Part shown: positions 31,019-48,489 of the stretch, piece by piece
Numbering within the stretch: position 1 is the stretch's first letter
Layout of the letters: each line of letters begins with the position of its first letter
DNA from: Chrysomallon squamiferum
Lineage: Eukaryota > Animalia > Mollusca
Reading direction: 5' to 3'
Assembly: GCA_012295275.1 (NCBI GenBank)
Contig: CM022679.1
Location: forward strand, 26,474,001 to 26,538,000
Length of the DNA: 64,000 nucleotides
Position numbers and translations under genes: made by a program
The notes under the pieces: generated by a model
The model's input: the letters and a program-made list of their open reading frames with translations, nothing else
Told to the model about the DNA's origin: nothing
Databases searched by the model: none

Positions 31019-31662
31019 AATAAATAACACAACAGCAGCGGTAATGATAATGATGATGATGAAAATAATAATAACAATAAGAATACATTTAAAAAATTAA
31101 ATAAATAAATAAATAAATATTTTCTTAGGGCCGTAATGTGTGTGTGTGTGTGTGTGTATATTTTTTTTGTGTGTGTGTGTTATTAATTTTTATTGTTGTT
31201 CTCGTTTTGTTTGTGTTTGTTTTTTTTTTTTTTTTTTTTTATGTTATTTTTTTTCTAACATTGCTGTTTGTTTATTTATATATTATTTATTTAAGAGAAA
31301 ATTCTTGACCAAGTGTCTTTCTTCTTTTTTTTTTTTTTCTAATGTTTTATAGGCATAGGAAAAAGAAACCTCCACATTTCTATTCTGTATAATTTAAGCA
31401 ACACGTCATCTCGACCTATCTGTCAGGTCGACTATGAAACAATCTGACGCAATATGCATGCCTAGCAAAACCATACATCAAGTGATGCCAACAGAATTAA
31501 CAGAATCAACAGAATTAACGATTTTGTATACAAATGACTACTTTATTTATTTCTTAAACAAAATGTACTTATGCTAGTGCGAACATTTTAATATATATTT
31601 GTTTTATTACATGCTTTCAATTAATAGCTCTCGTTCTTGTGTTGTTCTTGTTGTTTTGTTCC

Positions 31663-31698
<36 letters not shown>

Positions 31699-32132
31699 CT
31701 CTGTGTGTGTTCTTTTCATTGTGTGTGTGTGTGTGTGTGTATGTGTGTGAAGTATGGAAGTACGAATATATTACACATTTCAAATTTTTGCATTTGTTTA
31801 TTTTCAAAATGATGTCAGTATAAGTATATATATGTAATGGTTATTAACTAACATATAAGGAATGGCTAGTAAATATCTTAAATATATCAACTTTATCCTG
31901 TGAAGGTTAGAATGTTCTGATTAAACAAGACCCAGCCGAGCTGCATTGAGCCATTTCACGAAAGCAAGATGGAGTTTAAATCTTAAGACAGTTAACCAGT
32001 TTTTTTTTTTTATCCTGCAGTCCCAGATGATACAAAAGAACAACAAATGAAGTTATATTTAATCTGCTTGTTAGTCCCTACTGTTGTGTCTCGTAGACCA
32101 ACAGTAACGAAGCTGGCTCAAGGCTTAACCAA

Positions 32133-32544
32133 CTATCTGCACGCCATTGATGAAGAGATGATGGATACAGGAAATTTCTTAATTCTTTCCAGATGTTCTT
32201 CTCTTTGTTTTAATTTGCACTCGTTTTTCAAATGATGGATCAGTGTGGTGCAGAGATGTTTCTTCTCTGACTTCAGCTGCTGCATTTCACGTTGCAAAGT
32301 GTGATGTTTGGAGCTGACATCTTGGTACTTCTGTAGATTAAAAAAAGGTAGTATTTTTATTACTGGAAGCCAGGGATGTGTGTGTGTGTGTGTGTGTGCG
32401 TGTGTGTGTGTAATAGTTATGTGCATATATGTATATGTGTGTGTTTGTGTGTGTGTGGTTGTGTATATTTATACACATATACATTATTCATAATGACCCA
32501 GAGACAGATAAATTAATTAACAATTTATATATAATACATGCTAT

Positions 32545-32583
<39 letters not shown>

Positions 32584-32939
32584 ATTTCACAGATTTTGCG
32601 AATAATTTTCTAAACATTATGTTTACATCAGCAACTAAGCTCCTTAATTATTAGTTATCCAACAACAAATAATAATTTTAAAAAATTAAAAATTAAATAA
32701 TTAAAATATATGAATAAATACATAAATAAATAAATAAGAAGAACAATTTTTAGATAAGGGAAGAAAATAGAAAAAGATAATAACAACCTACCTTCTGAAC
32801 CAACTGTTCGTTTTGTTTCTGTTTATCTCGAGATTTTCGAGCTGATCTTTTGTTTTGCTCTCGCTTTCTTTCTCTTTTTATCAGTTCTGGATATGTCATC
32901 TAATAATAATAATAATAATAACATCAATGTTGACTTATA

Positions 32940-33014
<75 letters not shown>

Positions 33015-34984
33015 ATTCTGCAAGGGAAGACGTAAGGAGAATTAATCAAAGAAAACAGAAAATGAAACAGAAAAGAAAGAAGATGAAAAGTTAAAAAAAT
33101 ATTCACTTTAAGAAGCAAAATAAATAAAATATTCACTTTAAGAAGCAAAATAAATAAAATATCTGTCTGATACAGTTTTCCGTATTATTTTAGAAAATTA
33201 TTAATTAATCATTAACATTTACTAATGATAATTAGGCTCGAAACTGAAATAAGAAAGACAACCTCGAATGTTTTAGTGCAAAATTCAGCTTTTATTTCCT
33301 CTTCCTTGTTAACATGTCTCTTGAGCAGAATCTTCGTCTTCAGCTCTTCTTTAATGAGTGGCATTACGCTGTTATTTCTTTTGGATTCAAAAACAGCATC
33401 AGATATCTCAGGCAAAATAGTTTCCTCTTCACCGCTTTCTTCTGAACTCGAGAGTGATGAAAGATAACTAAATGGCAACGGAGACAACCTCGACTCTGAA
33501 CTTGAAGAACGTGCAGGACTTGCTTCTTGCAGCGGAGATTCTGTATCGGAGTTTGTACTAAGTGTCTCAGTGGTAGATGAATGTCTACGTTTTGTTACAA
33601 CATTTGAATTATAACCAGATGAGAGTGAAGACCTTCTGGACTGTGAAAGTGAAGAACGTGCAGGACTTGTTTCTTGCATCGGAGATTCCGATCTTCGCTT
33701 CTCCGTATCCGAGATGATGATAAATGTCTCAGTGGTAGACAAACGTCTAGGTTTTGTCACAACATTTGAATTATAACCAGATAACAATGAAGACCTTCTG
33801 GACTCTGTACGTGAAGAATGTGCAGGACTTGTTTCTTGCAGCGAAGATCCTGATCTTGAAAATGTGGCTGAGACTGATTTACACAGTGATTTTTGGAGCA
33901 AAGACTCGACACAGTTTGTGTCAGAGAAAATGTTTATTCTATCTATTGGTTTCTTTTCCCTTCTTGGAACTGGACTAGCCCAATATTTACTGTCAGCATC
34001 AAACCTTGTTTCCTCAGCTGAATATTTATTGTATGTCTTACATTTTGTAGCGTTTCTTTTCGAGTTTGATTCGTTAGAAATAATTTCCTTTAGAGCTTTA
34101 GAATGGTATTCATCTTCACATGTAAAATACCTCTTAAGACGTGAAACAGAATCTAAGTGGCTTAAAAATGTGTCTGATTTCGTTTCTAACACTGGGCTGT
34201 CTTTCGAAGTCGCTAACCTTTCAAAACGTCTGTTTTCAGACTTAGTCACACATCTTTCCAGATGTGAATCGTGACGGGTAATTTTTGTATGAGGTTTAAG
34301 AAAGAGTCCGGGACCGAGTTGTAAAAATGGAACATTCTGAATCTTTCTGCTACTGACATTTGATTCTGTGGTTGGTATCTTTGCTGATTTAATAACGGGT
34401 GATCGAGGCTGACTAGAATTAACATCAAGCAGTTTGTCAAAATTCGGAATTTCTGAATCAAAATTATTTTTTTCTCTGTCAGTATCTGTGGGTATCTTAA
34501 CGACTTTCGGAGATTTATCTTCTTGTAGCGCACAATCTGATCTTCGCTTCTCCGTATTCCAGACAATACTATCTGTCTCAGTGGTAGATGAACGTCTAGG
34601 TTTCGTTAAAACATTTGGAACTGTGGTTTTAACCGATATTTGAGGAAAAGGCTGGAAACAATTTCTGCCAGAGGAAGCGATTACCCTGTCTGTTCTTTTC
34701 TGTTCTTTTTTAAAAACTGGAGTAGCCTGATATTTACTGTCAGCATCAAAGCTTGTTTCCTCAGCTGAACATCCATCGTACGGCTTAAATTTTGTAGCGT
34801 TTCTTTTCGAGTTTGATTCGTTAGAAATAATTTCTTTTTGAGCTTTAGAAGGGTGTTCATCTTCACATGTAAAATACCTCTTAAGACGTGAAACAGAATC
34901 TATGTGCCTTACAAATGTGTCTTTCATAACGTCTGTTTTCAGATTGTGAAAATGGAACATTCTGAATCTTTCTGCTGTTGACAT
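32133..34984 (-). CDS. bZIP transcription factor B with large repetitive N-terminal region; 5' end disrupted (possible pseudogene)
   Basis: Exons 33263-34984 (first in-frame ATG), 32792-32899 (108 nt, MTYPELIKRERKREQNKRSARKSRDKQKQNEQLVQK) and 32133-32330 (zipper ...LIHHLKNEC). Upstream sequence homologous to the paralog D N-terminus has a TAA (~35235) and a frameshifting deletion (~34950). Confidence 0.78.
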
Positions 34985-36046
34985 TTGATTCTGTGATTGG
35001 TATCTTTGCTGATTCAATAACGGGCAATCGAGGCCGACTGGAATTAACATTCGAGATGGATTTTGTCGTTACAGTAGCACTAACACATCGTGGTGACAGT
35101 GATGCATTGTTAGATATTTCTATAAAAGAATGTGATGTCAAAATACTAATAACTGGTTTTCCTTCTATTTTTGACGAATTGCTAAAACCAGAAGATGACT
35201 TAAATGGAACAGGCATAATTTCTGCTTTTGAGCTTTACAAAGATATCTCATACAACAGTTTGTCAAAAATAGGAATTTGTGAACCAAGCATTTTATTTTT
35301 TTTCTGTCAGTATTTGTTGGTATCTTCATGAAGTTATTAACGACTTTTGGAGAGTTATCTTCGAAATATTTTGATTATCAACCAAGTATTGTTCTGATGT
35401 ATATTCTGCAGACAATCGTTTTAAAAGAATGTTGCTGGAGTCTTAAATCCGCAGAGTGATTTTGACATACTAGAAAATATAAATCACAGCAGACATTATT
35501 ACACATATGAGTGTAATTATAGTAGTATAACCAATAGAAGTAATGAAAGCAGTAGCAATGTTAGCAAACAGTGGCAGAGATGACAGTAAGAGTAGCAGCA
35601 GCAGTGATAATTGCAACAGTAGTAGTAGGTGTCGTAATAGTAGAACTACCTGTAGCAGTAGTAGTAACATTAATAGTAATATCAATGTCGTCACCATCAT
35701 CACATCAACAACAGTAGCAACAACAATAACAATAGTAATAGTAATAATAATAATAACAACAACAACAACAACAACAATGATAATAATAATTATAATTATA
35801 ATAATAACTCTACTATTACTACTACTACTACTACCACTTCAGATGTTATGATATATATTTAAACAGATAGATAGATATCTGTATATAAAAATATATAATT
35901 AAGATGTACATTTTTGGATATGTCTTGCTTAAAGCTTTGGTGGAGACGAATCATTTTTGCATACTTTCATATGCTAATGTCAAAAATTAATAAAAAACTG
36001 TTTTCGTAAATAATCGTCGCCATTTCTCCTTTTAGCGCTGTGGTCG

Positions 36047-36054
36047 TGACGTCA
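36047..36054. promoter_or_regulatory. Perfect CRE/ATF site TGACGTCA (copy 1) upstream of bZIP B
   Basis: Palindromic TGACGTCA with an adjacent YY1-like cgccattt, in a ~1 kb local duplication. Confidence 0.55.
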
Positions 36055-36436
36055 GGTCGTAGATTGTTGACAGAAAAGTTATCAAACTGTTATATTATCA
36101 GAAGAAAAAAAATGTACACGAAATACCTGCAAAGCTATTAATATGAAAACCATGAATAGCTATATTGATGAAACAGAGAATAATACTAGAATTCATTTAC
36201 AAAAGTTTGCAATCGACTACCTGTGTATGTTGGAAAATTCAACTAAAATATATATTTACACCATATTTACCTTTAAATTATGTCTTAGAAACAAATAGCA
36301 AGCAGGAAATATTTATTTTAGGCGAGAGTTTATAGGAAACCTGAAAGAACTCGTTTGAATAATACATTAAAAATTGATAGAAGTTTTAACAACACTTCAT
36401 TTCAGAATTACCCTAGCTATACATTTACAACACAGT

Positions 36437-36553
<117 letters not shown>

Positions 36554-37025
36554 TTATATTTAACTAAAGGAATAACAAAAACACTACTTCAAAAACTACA
36601 TTAAGCAAACTATTATGGAAACTTAAACGAAAATATATACTTATGTTTATCTTTAATGTATATCTTGGAAACAAACATCCAGCAGGAAGTATTTACTTTA
36701 GTTGAAAGGAAACCTAAAAGGACACGCTTAAACATGTTTTTCAAGAATTTAATAATAATAATAATAATAATAATCAGCTGATTATTTCTTATAAAATATA
36801 TTTCTTATTTAGTTAGTTATGTATTATTGTATTATGTTCTAGGTTTAGAAACTAGATTATTTTACTGTATTCAAAAATACCGTTACGGGTATTCCCCAAA
36901 TCCGTTGCTTTGATATGGAGCCTAATCATTTTTGCATACGTTCAGGTGTAATATCAAAAAGCGACATAAAAATAAAACTGTTTTTAAAATAAGCGTCGCC
37001 ATTTCTCCTTTTAGCGCTGTGATCG

Positions 37026-37033
37026 TGACGTCA
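37026..37033. promoter_or_regulatory. Perfect CRE/ATF site TGACGTCA (copy 2)
   Basis: Duplicate of the 36015-36090 block. Confidence 0.55.
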
Positions 37034-37355
37034 GGTCGTAGATTGTGGACAGAAAAGTTATCTGTTATATTATCAGAAAAAATATATAATAGCTTCAGAG
37101 CTATTAATCTGAATTAATACGAAAACAATGGATATTGATGAAACGGAGAATAATACTAGAATTAATTTACAAAAGATTCCAGTAGGCTAGGTGTGTCCGT
37201 TTCGGACTACAAATTATGTTGGAAATTTCAACTAAGTGTATATTTACACTATATTTACCTTTAAATTATGTCTTAGAAACAAACAGCAACCAGGAAGTAT
37301 TTATTTTAGGCGCGAGTTTAAAGGAAATCATTTAAATAAAAATCTTTTCAAGAAT

Positions 37356-37411
<56 letters not shown>

Positions 37412-37738
37412 CAGCTGATTATTTTCTTTTAAAATATATTTTATATTTATTTATTTCATCTTTCCTATTATTTTATTTGGTTCAAGATTTAGAAACTAGA
37501 TTTATTGTACTCTGTTCAAAAATGCCCTTACGGGTATTCCCCAAATCCGTTGTCGCTAGGCAACCAACAAAGTCAACAATCTAATATATATAGTTTTTTC
37601 CATTCTTTTTTTCAAACTATTATTATTATTAGTTGTAGTAACAGTAGTAGTAGCAGCAATAGGTGTAGTAGTAGTAGTAGTAGTAGTAAAAGAAATGATA
37701 GTGGTAGAAGTAGAAGATGAAGAGGATGTATTTATGAT

Positions 37739-37832
37739 GCGTGGAACAAACAGTGAAAACACTTTGTAAGAAATGAAGTTCCGGCGTTTTGAGCACGGGA
37801 TCAGAGCCGCGCGCACCCACGCATGCGCACGC
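37739..37832. promoter_or_regulatory. CpG-rich conserved element with NRF1-like (ACGCATGCGCA) and ETS (TTCCGG) motifs; second copy at ~48817-48910
   Basis: GC-rich island in an AT-rich background. Near-identical in units 1 and 2 and absent at the corresponding position of unit 3. Confidence 0.45.
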
Positions 37833-38296
37833 CAACTGTTTAATATCTATCTATCTATCTATCTATCTATATATATATATTAGAAATAAAGACTGTATAA
37901 TATTTGTAACAAACTGGAAGTACAATACAAATCAATTTGAAGATAAAAGGTTAATAGTATTCTGCTGTCTACATATGCATACTAATATAAAGTATCCAAA
38001 TGCATAACATGCTTTATAAATACGATAAATTTTTATCGACTAATTCACGTAACGTAGCAATACAAAAATGCATGCATGCATATTTAACTGCATAAAAAAC
38101 AGAAAATGCATGAACAAAAAGACCGTGACTTGATTTTGAAAATATTAATATAGAATTATTATTATTATTATAGTGAATTCGTTCATTAACGGCTTTGTTG
38201 TCATTTTTGAATTTTGTTTTGTTTTAAATAAATAAGAAGAAATAGAGTCTGCAAATGAACAAATACAACAATTGTTACTACAAATGCTACTAATAA

Positions 38297-38331
<35 letters not shown>

Positions 38332-39003
38332 GTTTATAAATATCTTTTTTGTTTTTATTTTTGTTACTGTTGTTTGTTTGTTTTTTTATTACTATTATAA
38401 TTTTTTTTTTTTTTTTTTTTTTTTTCAGTTTTTCTATCCGCCATTTTAAATCCGCGACTTCTGTTTTTTTTTTTTTTATCCTTGCTGGAGAGTAATTTGA
38501 CCTAAATAAAAGAAACGTATTTAACACATCTCTGCAACTTGGTAATTTCACGGTTCAGTTGTTACAGTAAAGTCACACTGACGTTTGGTCAAATGCACGA
38601 AATTGTTTTTATTATTTGTGAGTCTGATCACGTATCTCCTAAATTTTAATTACGAAATACGTATGTGAACACCTGTTACCACCAGCAGCTGTATACCTAA
38701 AAATAGAACAATGGCGGGATAGGGCTTGGAAAAAATGCAATGCATTGCATCATCACGTGATTACCTTTTAGGATTCCGGCTCATCTCACTGGTCTCTTTG
38801 TATAATTCAATAATCCAATAAAACTGCACCTTTAGATTTAACCAGTAACACATATTTAACAAGTAACACATATTATTTGGTATGCTTTACGATGTCATCA
38901 AGGAAAATCCAACATGCTATTTTTAGTAACTAATGACTTATCTATAGAACTACAATGATTGGTATTAAAAGCTACGTGGTTTACATTACATTACATTATA
39001 TTA

Positions 39004-39061
<58 letters not shown>

Positions 39062-39419
39062 TTTTTATTATATTATCTTATATTATATTATATTATATTA
39101 TAATAAAATACATTTATGCCCAATGATTTAAATATTCACAATTTGTAGAGGGAGAATATACTTCCCTCACAGAATAAAATAATTAATATAATAAGAAGGG
39201 AATAATTTAATTTAATTATTTAATAAACAAAACAAACAAATAAATATATATGTATATAAAGAAATAACATCAGAATTTTATATAAAGTTAATAAAATATA
39301 TAAATAGCAAATAAATATTTTATTCTTCCAAATATTTCCATAAACGTTTCCATAAACAGTCTGAGTTTAATATTCTTTCTGCATTTTCATATTCTAGGAA
39401 TAAAACGCCAGCGATATTG

Positions 39420-39640
39420 TCTTACACGGGTTATCTTGTGGTTTGAACTGTGATCTCAGGAATCAAGGTTCTGCCTATCCATTACATTCAGGTTTATAGA
39501 TATGGTTTTACAAATGGGCGTGGTATGAGCTATGTTGTGTTTTCTGCGATAAAATAATGTAACCATTGATCCCTTGAAAACATAGAATAGTTCATGCGTT
39601 GACGAGTATCATAATTCGTTTTTCTTCTTCTTCTTCTTTT
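39420..39640 (+). mobile_element. Degenerate SINE-like element (RUDI/Meta-SINE-like core); paralogous copies ~50600-50830 and ~58090-58300
   Basis: The motif order ggcgtggtatgagctatg...gatcccttg...gaatagttcatg resembles a molluscan SINE core from recall. Not database-verified. Confidence 0.35.
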
Positions 39641-39670
39641 AATCAGTCTGTTCCATGTTTTTCTGAAGTC

Positions 39671-39717
<47 letters not shown>

Positions 39718-39895
39718 TGATTATTATGATTATTATTATTATTATTATTATTATTGTTATTATTTAATTTTTGTTCACAATTAAATTTAAATCAGTCATT
39801 AAGTGATATTTTTCTACATTATAATGGAAACAGTTCACAATTTAAGCTCCACCTATCTTCTATATACTTGCATTTGCTGCTCTATAAGAGAGAAC

Positions 39896-40082
39896 GGGTT
39901 TTCCCAGAACGAAAATCACCATCTTCTTTATAAAAGGTAGGTTCAAACGTGACACATTTTACATGTTAACCTTGCAGATGACCCCGAAAGAAAAGGGAGA
40001 CACGAGTGTCTGTATAAAAGTCATATTGTTTTGCAATATAGAATAATGATGATCATATTTATTTATAGATATGATTCATCCA
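39896..40082 (+). promoter_or_regulatory. Duplicated promoter/first exon of bZIP E (kB site, TATA box, MIHP mini-exon)
   Basis: GGGTTTTCCC 39896-39905, TATAAAAG 40013-40020, ATGATTCATCCA|gtacgg 40071-40082. Collinear with 58527-58721. Confidence 0.6.
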
Positions 40083-40571
40083 GTACGGAATTTTGTAAAT
40101 GTCAAATGATAACAGATGTTTTGTATTATTGTTGTTGTCACTGTTGTTGTTGTTGCCGTCGTCGTCGTTTTTGTTTGCTGTTGCTATTAATTATCGTCAT
40201 GAATTCGTTTATTGTTGCAATTTGTATACATACACACACACATGTACAGAAATATTTTTTCCTATATTCTTTTTCAGAAAAAAATTCCAGAATAAAATAT
40301 GGTTTTGAGTTAACCACTCCCCAAGGACAAACATTTTTTTTTATATCTTGCAGTCAGGGTTTGTTCTTGTCTTGTTTTTTTTTTTTTTTGGGGGGTTATG
40401 GTTTTTTGTGGTTGTTGTTTTCTTTGTTGTTTAATTTCTTTATTGTTGTTGCTGTTGTGTGTGTGGTTTTTTTTGTGTTTTTTTTTTCTCTTTTGGTTTT
40501 GTTCATTTATTTGCTTTGTCTTTTTTATTTATTTATTTATTTATTTATTTGTTTGTTTGTTTTTATTGCAG

Positions 40572-40667
40572 CTTTCAGTAATCAATCAGATTTGGTTGTC
40601 TGATTTGTCACTGAGACTGCTGTGTGTTCTTGCTCTTGACCGGTTTGGTGACTTCGTGTCAGATGAG
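40572..40667 (+). pseudogene. BTAF1: Orphan internal exon of BTAF1/Mot1 (copy 1)
   Basis: ttgcag|LSVINQIWLSDLSLRLLCVLALDRFGDFVSDE|gtaagt. Matches the conserved Mot1/BTAF1 N-terminal HEAT-region motif (RLLCVFALDRFGDFVSD). No neighbouring BTAF1 exons are present. Confidence 0.85.
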
Positions 40668-41689
40668 GTAAGTATTTGCAGATCAAAGAATTCTTATTAT
40701 CCCGATGAAAAAGCAAATTGCTTACCATTCAGCTTTCAAAAATCTGGTTTCTTTAAAAAGAGATCATAACATGAGATGATTTAATTTCAGTCACTCTCTG
40801 TTTAAGTGCATATTTTATTTACAGTAAATAATGGATTATTATATCCTGATTCAAAAAAATATATATGTTATGCATATTTTCTTTAAAATAATTAAAATAC
40901 AATTCTTAATGAAAAACCATATTATCTGAATTAGCTTTAATGTATTGATTAAAATGTACAGTATTATGTCATATGTGATTTACAATGAATTAACTCTAGA
41001 TCTGTTAAAAAATAAGTGCTAAGATGTATTATTATTATTATTGTTGTTGTTGTTGTTGTTGTTGTTAATCTTATCATTGTTGTTGCTACTGTTGCTGATG
41101 TGATGACGGTGACGACATTGATATTTCTATTAACGTTACTACTACTTCTACAGGAATTTCTACTATTACGACACCTACTACTACTGTTACAACACTGTTG
41201 CCACTAAGAAAAATGTTCTTTTGTGCTGTTATAATTTTGCTGTTTCTCCTCCTCTGTTATGATGATGTAGTGTTATTTTTTTTTTTGTAAGATTACTGTT
41301 TGTTTATTATTTATTTGACTGAAAATCGTGACGAAATGCCTTTCTTTCTTTTCTTTCTTTCTAATGTATTAAAGGAATAGGAACAAGAAATCTACACATT
41401 TCCATTCTGTATAATTTAAACAGCACGTCATCTCGACATATCTGTCAGTTCGACTATGAAACAATCTGACGCAATATGCATACCTAGCAAAATCATACAT
41501 CAAGTGATCCCAACAGAATTAATAAAACGATTTTGTATACATGTCACTACTCTATTTATTTCTGAACAAAATGTACCTAAGCAAATCTGAGGTTTATATC
41601 TTAAAATAGTAACCAGTTATGTTTTTTATCCTGCAGACCAAGCTGGTTCAAAAAACACTAAATGAATTTAATCTTTTTATTCAATCTGA

Positions 41690-42025
41690 TCAAAACTTTT
41701 TTCCTTTCACACATTTGTCATTGCTGGACCATATAGTTGTATCTTGTAGACCAACAGTCAGGAAGTTGGCTGAAGGCTTCTCCAATCCTCTGCACGCCAT
41801 TGATGAAGATACAGGAAATTTCTTAATTCTTTCCAAATGTTCTTCTCTTTGTTTTAATTTGCACTCGTTTTTCAAATGATGGATCAGTGTGGTGCAGAGA
41901 TGTTTCTTCTCTGACTTCAGTTGCTGCATTTCACTCTGCAAAGTGTGATGTTTGGAGTAGACATCTTGGTACTTCTGTAGATTAAAAAAAAGAGAGTATT
42001 TTTATTACTGGAAGCCAGGGATGTT

Positions 42026-42088
<63 letters not shown>

Positions 42089-42624
42089 TAGTTATGTGCA
42101 TATATCTATATGTGTGTGTTGTGTTTATATGTGTGTGTGTTAGTGTGTGTGTATATATTTATATGCTTACACATGTACACATATACATTGTTCATAATGA
42201 CCCAAAGACAGATAAATTAATTAACAATTTATATATAATACATGCTATTATTTAAAAAAAAAAAAAAAAAAAAAAAAAGAACATTTCACAGATAGGGCGA
42301 ATAATTTTCTAAACATTATGTTTACATCAGCAACTAAGCTCCTGAATTATTAGTTATCCAACAACAACAACGACAACAAATAATAATTTACAAAAATTAA
42401 AAATTAAATAATTAAAAAATATAAATGAATAAATAAATAAATAAATAAATAAATAAGAAGAACAATTTTTAGAAAAGGGAAGAAAACAGAAAAAGAAAAT
42501 AACAACCTACCTTCTGAACCAACTGTTCGTTTTGTTTCTGTTTATCTCGAGATTTTCGAGCTGATCTTTTGTTTTGCTCTCGCTTCCTTTCTCTTTTTCT
42601 CAGTTCTGGATATGTCATCTAATA

Positions 42625-42669
<45 letters not shown>

Positions 42670-42681
42670 TCAATGTTGACT

Positions 42682-42739
<58 letters not shown>

Positions 42740-43036
42740 ATTCTGCAAGGGAAGACGTAAGGAGAATTATACAAAGAAACCAGAAAATGAAACAGAAAAG
42801 AAAGAAGATGATACGTTAAAAGACTAGTCACTTTAAGAATCAAAATATGTAAAATATCTCATACAAATTTCTGTGGTATTTTAAAGAAGTATTAATTAAT
42901 CGTTAATATTTACTAATCATAATTAGGTTCGCAATTGACAAAAGAAACACCACCTCGAATGCTAAATTCAGCTTTTATTTCCTCTTCCTTGTTAACATGT
43001 CTCTTGAGCAGAATCTTCGTCTTCTGGATATGTCAT
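41690..43036 (-). pseudogene. Partial bZIP copy C' (basic-region exon, zipper exon and a chimeric upstream exon)
   Basis: Exons 42511-42618 (108 nt) and 41690-41974 are intact. The upstream 42954-43036 segment fuses the first 15 nt of the basic exon to the tail of the large exon and stops in frame (MTYPEDEDSAQETC*). Confidence 0.75.
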
Positions 43037-43081
43037 CTAATAATAGTAATAATAATGCTACTAATAATAGCAATGTTAACT

Positions 43082-43112
<31 letters not shown>

Positions 43113-43132
43113 CCAACAGTAAAGAAGCTGGC

Positions 43133-47295
<4,163 letters not shown>

Positions 47296-48097
47296 CTTTA
47301 CTGATTTAGTAACTGGAATTTAAAGTCGACATGGATTTTCTCGTTACACTAGCACTGACACACACATGATCCTTGTAACACTGGTGTACAGTTACATATT
47401 TCTTTTGAACAACGTGATGTAAAAATGCTAGAAATTGGTTTTCCTTCTGTTTTTGTCGAATTGCTAAACACCGAAGATGACTTAAACGGAACAGTCATAA
47501 TGTGAGATTTTGATCTTTTGTAATATTTCTCATCAAATAGTTTGTCAAAATTCGGAATTTTTGAACCAAACATTTTTTTTCTTGTATCAGTAGCTCTCTG
47601 TATCTTGATATTATTATTCATGACTTTCCGAGAGTAAACTTCAAAATATTTTGATTGTACACCAAGTATTGTTCTGATGTATATTCTGCAGACAATCATT
47701 TTAAATGAAAGTTTTTGGCATCTTAAATCCGCAGAGTGATACTAGAAAATATAAATCAGAGTAGAAATTATTTCTCATATGAATGTAATTATAGTACTAG
47801 TATAACAATAGTAGTAATGAAAGTAGTAGCAATAGTAATAGTGTTAACAGTAAAAGTAGTAGAGATAGTAGTAATAGTAGCAGCAGTAGTGATAATTGCA
47901 ACAGTAGTAGTAGGTGTCGTAATAGTAGAAATACCTGTAGCAGTAGTAGTAACATTAATAGTAATATCAATGTCGTCACCATCATCACATCAGCAACAGT
48001 AGCAACGACAATAACAATAGTAATAATAATAATAAGTCTTCTACTACTACTACTACTACCACTTCAGATGTTATGGATATATATATCTATCTGTCTG

Positions 48098-48132
<35 letters not shown>

Positions 48133-48438
48133 ATCGAGAGATCTTAAATTCTCGGTTTAAAAGAAATAGAGCTATTTATCTGAATTAATACGAAAACAAT
48201 GAATATTGATGAAACAGAGATTAATACTAGTATTAATTTTAAAAACTTTCCAATAGACTAGCTGTATTTGATTCGGAGAAATTATGTAGGAAATTTGAAC
48301 TAAAGTGTATATTTACACCATATTTACCTTTAAATTATGTCTTAGAAACAAACAGCGAGCAGGAAGTATTTATTTTAGGCGGGAGTTTAAAGGAAATCGT
48401 TTAAATAAAAATCTTTTCAAGAATTTAATAATAATAAT

Positions 48439-48489
<51 letters not shown>

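Noticed and set aside
33212-35050. 612-aa ORF treated as a stand-alone gene
   Set aside because: It starts at a non-ATG codon and its end reads through a GT donor at 33262; it is the large exon of bZIP B.
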